Shown: positions 60,183 through 64,000 of the stretch, one piece after another
Position numbering within the stretch: the stretch's first letter is position 1
How the letters are laid out: every line of letters starts with the position of its first letter
IMG/VR virus record: IMGVR_UViG_3300027861_002706
Span: 53,602 to 117,601 of that record
Direction: 5' to 3' (one strand)
Length of the DNA stretch: 64,000 bases
Source of the DNA: a virus
Notes under the pieces: model-generated
The model's input: only the letters and a program-made list of their open reading frames with translations
Told to the model about the DNA's origin: nothing
Database searches by the model: none
Made by a program: the position numbers and the translations under genes

Positions 60183-60946
60183 TATTCACCAAACACTTCT
60201 GGCGCAATGGTCTTAGAATCGTTATGCATCTCAATCTCTGTAGCTGTAATATTGCCGTCAGAATCTTGAGAAGCCATCCGTATCTTCTTGGCCTTTTCCA
60301 TGAGATTAGCTGCGACTTTTGAAGGATCAGCATATCCTTTGGAAGCTGCATCTGCTTTGGACTTCCTCGTAGTGAGAAGCTCACGCATAAGCCTTAGTTT
60401 TGTTTTAACCAGTTTTTCGTAGAATTCGGCGGCCTTGGAACTCTCATTGCTATAGAAAGGCTGGCCTGCTGGGCTATACCCGCTTATAACTCTTCGTTCT
60501 ATCTTTGGGTCCATGGCAAGTTGCATGGCGGCTCTTGCCTCTAACGTCATCTGGAATACTATCTGGTCTACTAGCATCCTGTCATATGCGGAAGAAGGAT
60601 CTTCTGGATTTATGCCTGCCGCCTCGCTGAACTGATCTGTCCACTGTCTTATCTGGTAGGACTCTACAGGACAATCACCTCCAAATGGACGATCTATCTT
60701 ATTGCGTACCAGAGGGCATTTCTCAAAGTATGGGCACTGCTCATCTCTACATACCATGGGGCCTGCCATGGGAGCAAAGCCAAACTTAACAGATTCTGTA
60801 TATCTGGCAAGATTTCCTCTTTGGACTTCTGTGAGAGCAGTTTCTTCCTTGCCAGTCAGGCTATTGTCATTTATTACTACTTCAGGTAAGTTCTCGGCGT
60901 TTTCAGGAACAGTAACCCCAGGACCGAAGAGCTCGTTTGAATTCAT
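60182..60946 (-). CDS. Cys-motif protein (254 aa); possible terminase small subunit
   Basis: C-x4-C-x5-C-x14-C cluster (CRDEQCPYFEKCP...DCPVE) followed by helices. The function is inferred from position only. Confidence 0.45.
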   Translation of the reverse strand: MNSNELFGPGVTVPENAENLPEVVINDNSLTGKEETALTEVQRGNLARYTESVKFGFAPMAGPMVCRDEQCPYFEKCPLVRNKIDRPFGGDCPVESYQIRQWTDQFSEAAGINPEDPSSAYDRMLVDQIVFQMTLEARAAMQLAMDPKIERRVISGYSPAGQPFYSNESSKAAEFYEKLVKTKLRLMRELLTTRKSKADAASKGYADPSKVAANLMEKAKKIRMASQDSDGNITATEIEMHNDSKTIAPEVFGE

Positions 60947-61148
60947 CTTTGTTCACTCTCATCTCGTTGCCAAAAATCAACCTGAGGCAGGTTCTAGCGT
61001 GCATGCAATTCTTACCCCTAGCTGCGGCTACACCTAAATATGTTTTGGTTAACTCCGGTTGATTACTATAGATGTATTGCATTGCTTCATCTTTGCCGTC
61101 CACCAGCTTTGCAAATCTTTTAGGTATATATTCTACACTATTAGACAC
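60903..61148 (-). CDS. Small hypothetical protein (81 aa)
   Basis: GTG start with GGAG Shine-Dalgarno; fills the gap after the nrdJ terminator and overlaps the next gene by 44 nt. Confidence 0.5.
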   Translation of the reverse strand: MSNSVEYIPKRFAKLVDGKDEAMQYIYSNQPELTKTYLGVAAARGKNCMHARTCLRLIFGNEMRVNKDEFKRALRSWGYCS

Positions 61149-61162
61149 TAATCTACTCCGTT

Positions 61163-61200
61163 AAAAAATAGAGCCCCACTGCTATTACACAATGGGGCTC
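61163..61200 (-). terminator. Rho-independent terminator after nrdJ
   Basis: Minus strand: gagcccca...tggggctc stem followed by tatttttt. Confidence 0.85.
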
Positions 61201-61223
61201 CAAAAGTGAGGATATGTGACATG

Positions 61224-63197
61224 CTATGTTAGCTCGCACCGGTCTCCGGTGCATGCCCATGTCTTGGCGCCCTCGGTAGTATCTTCAGTTTCGTACATAC
61301 TGAGATAACGATAATCTATCTCTGGTAAGTTTGCAAGCATTTTATTATACTCTTCTTCAGTGCATTCTTCGTATGGCGCCTGTTCATACCTGCCACCATC
61401 ATATGGTAAGAATGATACACCATTTATTATGTCCCAGTTTTTATATACCCAATTGCCTACTTCAAACCACTCATTATCTTTTACATAAACAGTGCAAGAC
61501 GCATTATGCTCACACCAGTTCTCTTGTATCTTCTTGTATTGCTCCAGCTGCTCCATGGCAGTCATGTCTCCTCGTAGGACAGAACCATCAGGAGATTTTA
61601 CAGGGAAGGATACAACCCAGGTGATAACATCGTCTGCAGACCAGCTTTTCCCTTCCTTATATATAGCGCATGCTTCTGCGTCACCACCCTCAGCTTTCGC
61701 CCAGTCTTCTTTCCTTTGACCGGTCTCAGGAGACATGGGGACCTTTTGATCCTGTAGCATCCTGAATAATGGGTCAGTAGCAGATATACGATATCTGCGT
61801 CTATAGTAGCTTGCATACCTCGTGTGAATACCAGAAGAAGAGTCGACTAATTGGGATACAGTTCCGGAGGGTTTTACACAAGTTATAGCAGCAGGCATAC
61901 TTACGCCCAGTAGTTCAGACGCATGTTTGGCTATTTTAATTGCTTTCCTTTTCATTGCGCGCAGCGCGTCGGCGCTTAATAGTGTTTTGTTATCCATGAT
62001 GCCTGTCAACGAGACTCCAAGAAGTCGTTCCTCCTCACAGTTCTCTTTCCACTTATCGTTCAAATACGGGAAATCGGTGAAGCAGGACTGTATCACACCT
62101 ATCCATACGGCGGTCTCTACCTTTTTAAACAGGGTATCCAGGTCATCCTCGGCTCGTACCACGACCTCGGACAGATTACAGAACTCCTGGTGGCGTAAGC
62201 TTATCTCTGCACACGGGTTAGTCCCTGAAATCAAGTAGCCTTGTCTGCGTTTTGGAGATCTTGTCCTAACAGATTGAACATTAAATATACCCCGTTCCCC
62301 CGTCCCAGAGGATGCTAATGTACTCCACTCCTTGAGGAAGTCAGTAGCACTGGGCTTCTCTAGATACACAGCACTGTTATTAGCCATTGCACGTCTCAGT
62401 GGAAAGGGCCACACCTTAGCACTAGCCATTTCTTTGTCAGATAAGTCAGATAAACTAATTTGACTCGATCTCCGTACACCTCCCACAACAACAATCTCTG
62501 CTATTTGGTTCAGTATGTCATGACACTCCAGAGAGGTCAGTTTACGCCCCTGCGCATTTTGGAATATCTCACGCATGAATGCATGAAGCTGTACGAGGGG
62601 TTCGGGTCCAGAGGACCTACCACCCATTGTATAGAGACGAGATCCTTTAGGTCTTATGTTTGTATAGTCCATGTCGACGTCGTGTCCTTCATAGAGGGAG
62701 TCGACGAGAAGTTTAACAGATTTAGTCCATCCGCCGCGAGAGTCCTTAATTGTATGTTGTTTTGTATATGCACCGTCGCGGAAGGTGCCTACCACTGGGA
62801 GCTTTTCTATATGTTTAGATTCAACAGAGAAGCCATACCCTGTACCACACATTAGTATGTATAGCGCTTCTGAGAAGGCTATTGGGTCATCAATGACCTG
62901 GAACGAGCAGTTATACATGCAGGTATTGTCTTTTTCCGCCGCGGGGCCTGCAGCCCAGAGTGATCTCATCGATGGCATCACCTCGAACCCCAGTATAGAT
63001 GAATGAATCTTTTCGTAGGTCTTAAGCGGAACCCTGTCCCCCATGTGTTTACGTATGAAATTTACGTACCTGTCTGTGGTTTCACTCCATGTTTCCCTGC
63101 GGTTCTCCTCGTCTCTCCACCTCGAGTATGTGCGCATGTATACGAATTCCGCCGCGTCGTTTGAGAAGCCTGTGTGTAGTTCGTCCTTAGTAAGCAT
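61224..63197 (-). CDS. nrdJ: Class II (adenosylcobalamin-dependent) ribonucleotide reductase, monomeric RTPR type
   Basis: TNPCAEI catalytic loop, TCVKPSGT, GGVRRSSQISLSD, and a C-terminal CTGDRCEL redox pair. No class I tyrosine pair or beta subunit nearby. Confidence 0.93.
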   Translation of the reverse strand: MLTKDELHTGFSNDAAEFVYMRTYSRWRDEENRRETWSETTDRYVNFIRKHMGDRVPLKTYEKIHSSILGFEVMPSMRSLWAAGPAAEKDNTCMYNCSFQVIDDPIAFSEALYILMCGTGYGFSVESKHIEKLPVVGTFRDGAYTKQHTIKDSRGGWTKSVKLLVDSLYEGHDVDMDYTNIRPKGSRLYTMGGRSSGPEPLVQLHAFMREIFQNAQGRKLTSLECHDILNQIAEIVVVGGVRRSSQISLSDLSDKEMASAKVWPFPLRRAMANNSAVYLEKPSATDFLKEWSTLASSGTGERGIFNVQSVRTRSPKRRQGYLISGTNPCAEISLRHQEFCNLSEVVVRAEDDLDTLFKKVETAVWIGVIQSCFTDFPYLNDKWKENCEEERLLGVSLTGIMDNKTLLSADALRAMKRKAIKIAKHASELLGVSMPAAITCVKPSGTVSQLVDSSSGIHTRYASYYRRRYRISATDPLFRMLQDQKVPMSPETGQRKEDWAKAEGGDAEACAIYKEGKSWSADDVITWVVSFPVKSPDGSVLRGDMTAMEQLEQYKKIQENWCEHNASCTVYVKDNEWFEVGNWVYKNWDIINGVSFLPYDGGRYEQAPYEECTEEEYNKMLANLPEIDYRYLSMYETEDTTEGAKTWACTGDRCELT

Positions 63198-63249
63198 ACC
63201 TCATGCCCTTGTCTATCTGGGGTCTCCAGAAAATTAGTGTGAACGATCC

Positions 63250-63278
63250 ATCGTAGTACATCTCTGAGGGTATTGCAA
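63250..63278 (-). promoter_or_regulatory. Sigma70-type promoter for nrdJ
   Basis: Minus strand TTGCAA-N17-TACGAT, about 52 nt upstream of the ATG, with a GAGGT Shine-Dalgarno. Confidence 0.7.
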
Positions 63279-63504
63279 ATGGGTAAAACGCCATTCAGGA
63301 GAGTTTTTTTCTGTGAAAAATTTTAAGGAGTTTACCCCCCAGGGTTTATGTCTGAAAAATATTATTTAGGCATTCATATTGGGCCTTAAAAATATGAATT
63401 CGGCTCGCTGTATAGTTTTATTATATGCGACTTTGGGAGGAATTCCATTCATGGTCCCCCCCTTTCCCTGTTCCTTGGGCATAGTGTCCTAGGAATTTTG
63501 AAAG

Positions 63505-63882
63505 GTGGACATGATGTCTATTCTTCTCACTTTCGTATTGACTACTGTGATCAACGCTGCACTGGCGGCCTTGATCATCCACCGGTCGCTCATCAAGGAG
63601 AGGCGCTTAAGTGCGCTCATTCTTGCTGAGACGATGAACTCCTTGCGTAAGGAGTACATCGCCCAGAACCTCGCCTCCCATGGGGAGGAGGGCCTGGAGG
63701 ACGTGTACCATCGCATGATGGACGTCCAGGCCGATCTGCACTGCGTGCTGACAAGCGCGAGGCAGAGTCGCGGGATGATCGAAGGACTGCTTGGCAACCT
63801 CGGTCTGACATGCTGGGACCTCCCAAACCTGGGCCTGTGCTCGAAAGAGTACATGTCTAAGGTAATGTCAGAGGAGAACTGA
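63505..63882 (+). CDS. Hypothetical protein with N-terminal TM segment (125 aa)
   Basis: AAAGGTGG Shine-Dalgarno-like sequence, hydrophobic N-terminus, followed by a hairpin. Only well-supported plus-strand gene; visibly more GC-rich. Confidence 0.65.
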   Translation: MDMMSILLTFVLTTVINAALAALIIHRSLIKERRLSALILAETMNSLRKEYIAQNLASHGEEGLEDVYHRMMDVQADLHCVLTSARQSRGMIEGLLGNLGLTCWDLPNLGLCSKEYMSKVMSEEN

Positions 63883-63896
63883 TCACACCTGCCGCA

Positions 63897-63930
63897 CAGG
63901 GGAGGGAAGGGCATAAGCCCTCCTCCCCTG
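63897..63930 (+). terminator. GC-rich hairpin after the plus-strand gene
   Basis: caggggagg(ga)agggc-ataa-gccctcctcccctg; no U-tract. Confidence 0.5.
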
Positions 63931-63933
63931 GGT

Positions 63934-63978
63934 CCATGTGTATACACATGGGTTTAGGTCCGGGTACACATTGTGTAC
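63934..63978. promoter_or_regulatory. Two palindromes sharing a TACACA/TGTGTA half-site (putative operators)
   Basis: ccatgtgtatacacatgg (63934-63951) and gtacacattgtgtac (63964-63978). Confidence 0.45.
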
Positions 63979-64000
63979 TTGAGATGCTCAAGGCTAACCC

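Noticed and set aside
1-63197. Stop-codon reassignment (code 15 or 4), as seen in some large phages
   Set aside because: Genes up to 7.4 kb are open in the standard code, and TAG ends many genes immediately before the next start.
63198-63504. tRNA or known riboswitch (e.g. cobalamin) upstream of nrdJ
   Set aside because: No cloverleaf or B12-box recognised, and the predicted 5' UTR is only about 45 nt.
63489-63947. Minus-strand 152-aa ORF
   Set aside because: Overlaps the plus-strand 125-aa gene, which has the better Shine-Dalgarno, a TM N-terminus and a downstream hairpin.

Overview
The window is a 64-kb segment of a large contractile-tailed (myovirus-type, probably jumbo) bacteriophage genome, read in the standard genetic code. 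Almost all of it (1-63197) is one tightly packed minus-strand block. In transcription order it holds: class II ribonucleotide reductase (nrdJ); two small genes; a 1496-aa protein carrying HAD phosphatase, DEDDh exonuclease and RecB/Cas4-like nuclease motifs; three Gly/Ala-rich membrane-like proteins; large terminase; an unknown gene; portal; prohead protease/scaffold; decoration protein; major capsid; an Ig-domain neck protein; putative lysis genes (holin-like and u-spanin-like); accessory fibre genes including a 20-aa-repeat Ser/Thr/Val protein; neck and tail terminator; sheath; three tube-fold paralogues; two chaperones; two giant tape-measure-position genes; a 2.5k-aa hub; and baseplate and fibre genes. 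Strand and base composition switch after about 63300. Best leads: (1) the 1885-aa tape-measure-position protein has an RNA-polymerase beta-prime-like R-x-P...GDLDKD signature, making it a candidate virion RNAP; (2) the three-activity 1496-aa protein sits among ejection-like genes; (3) a sharply bounded 45-bp exact copy of the 1885-aa gene's coding sequence lies 7,960 bp away and supplies the stop codon of a tube-like gene. No tRNA, rRNA, CRISPR array, integrase, intein or reverse transcriptase was recognised. All product calls come from motif recognition by eye and gene order, not database searches.
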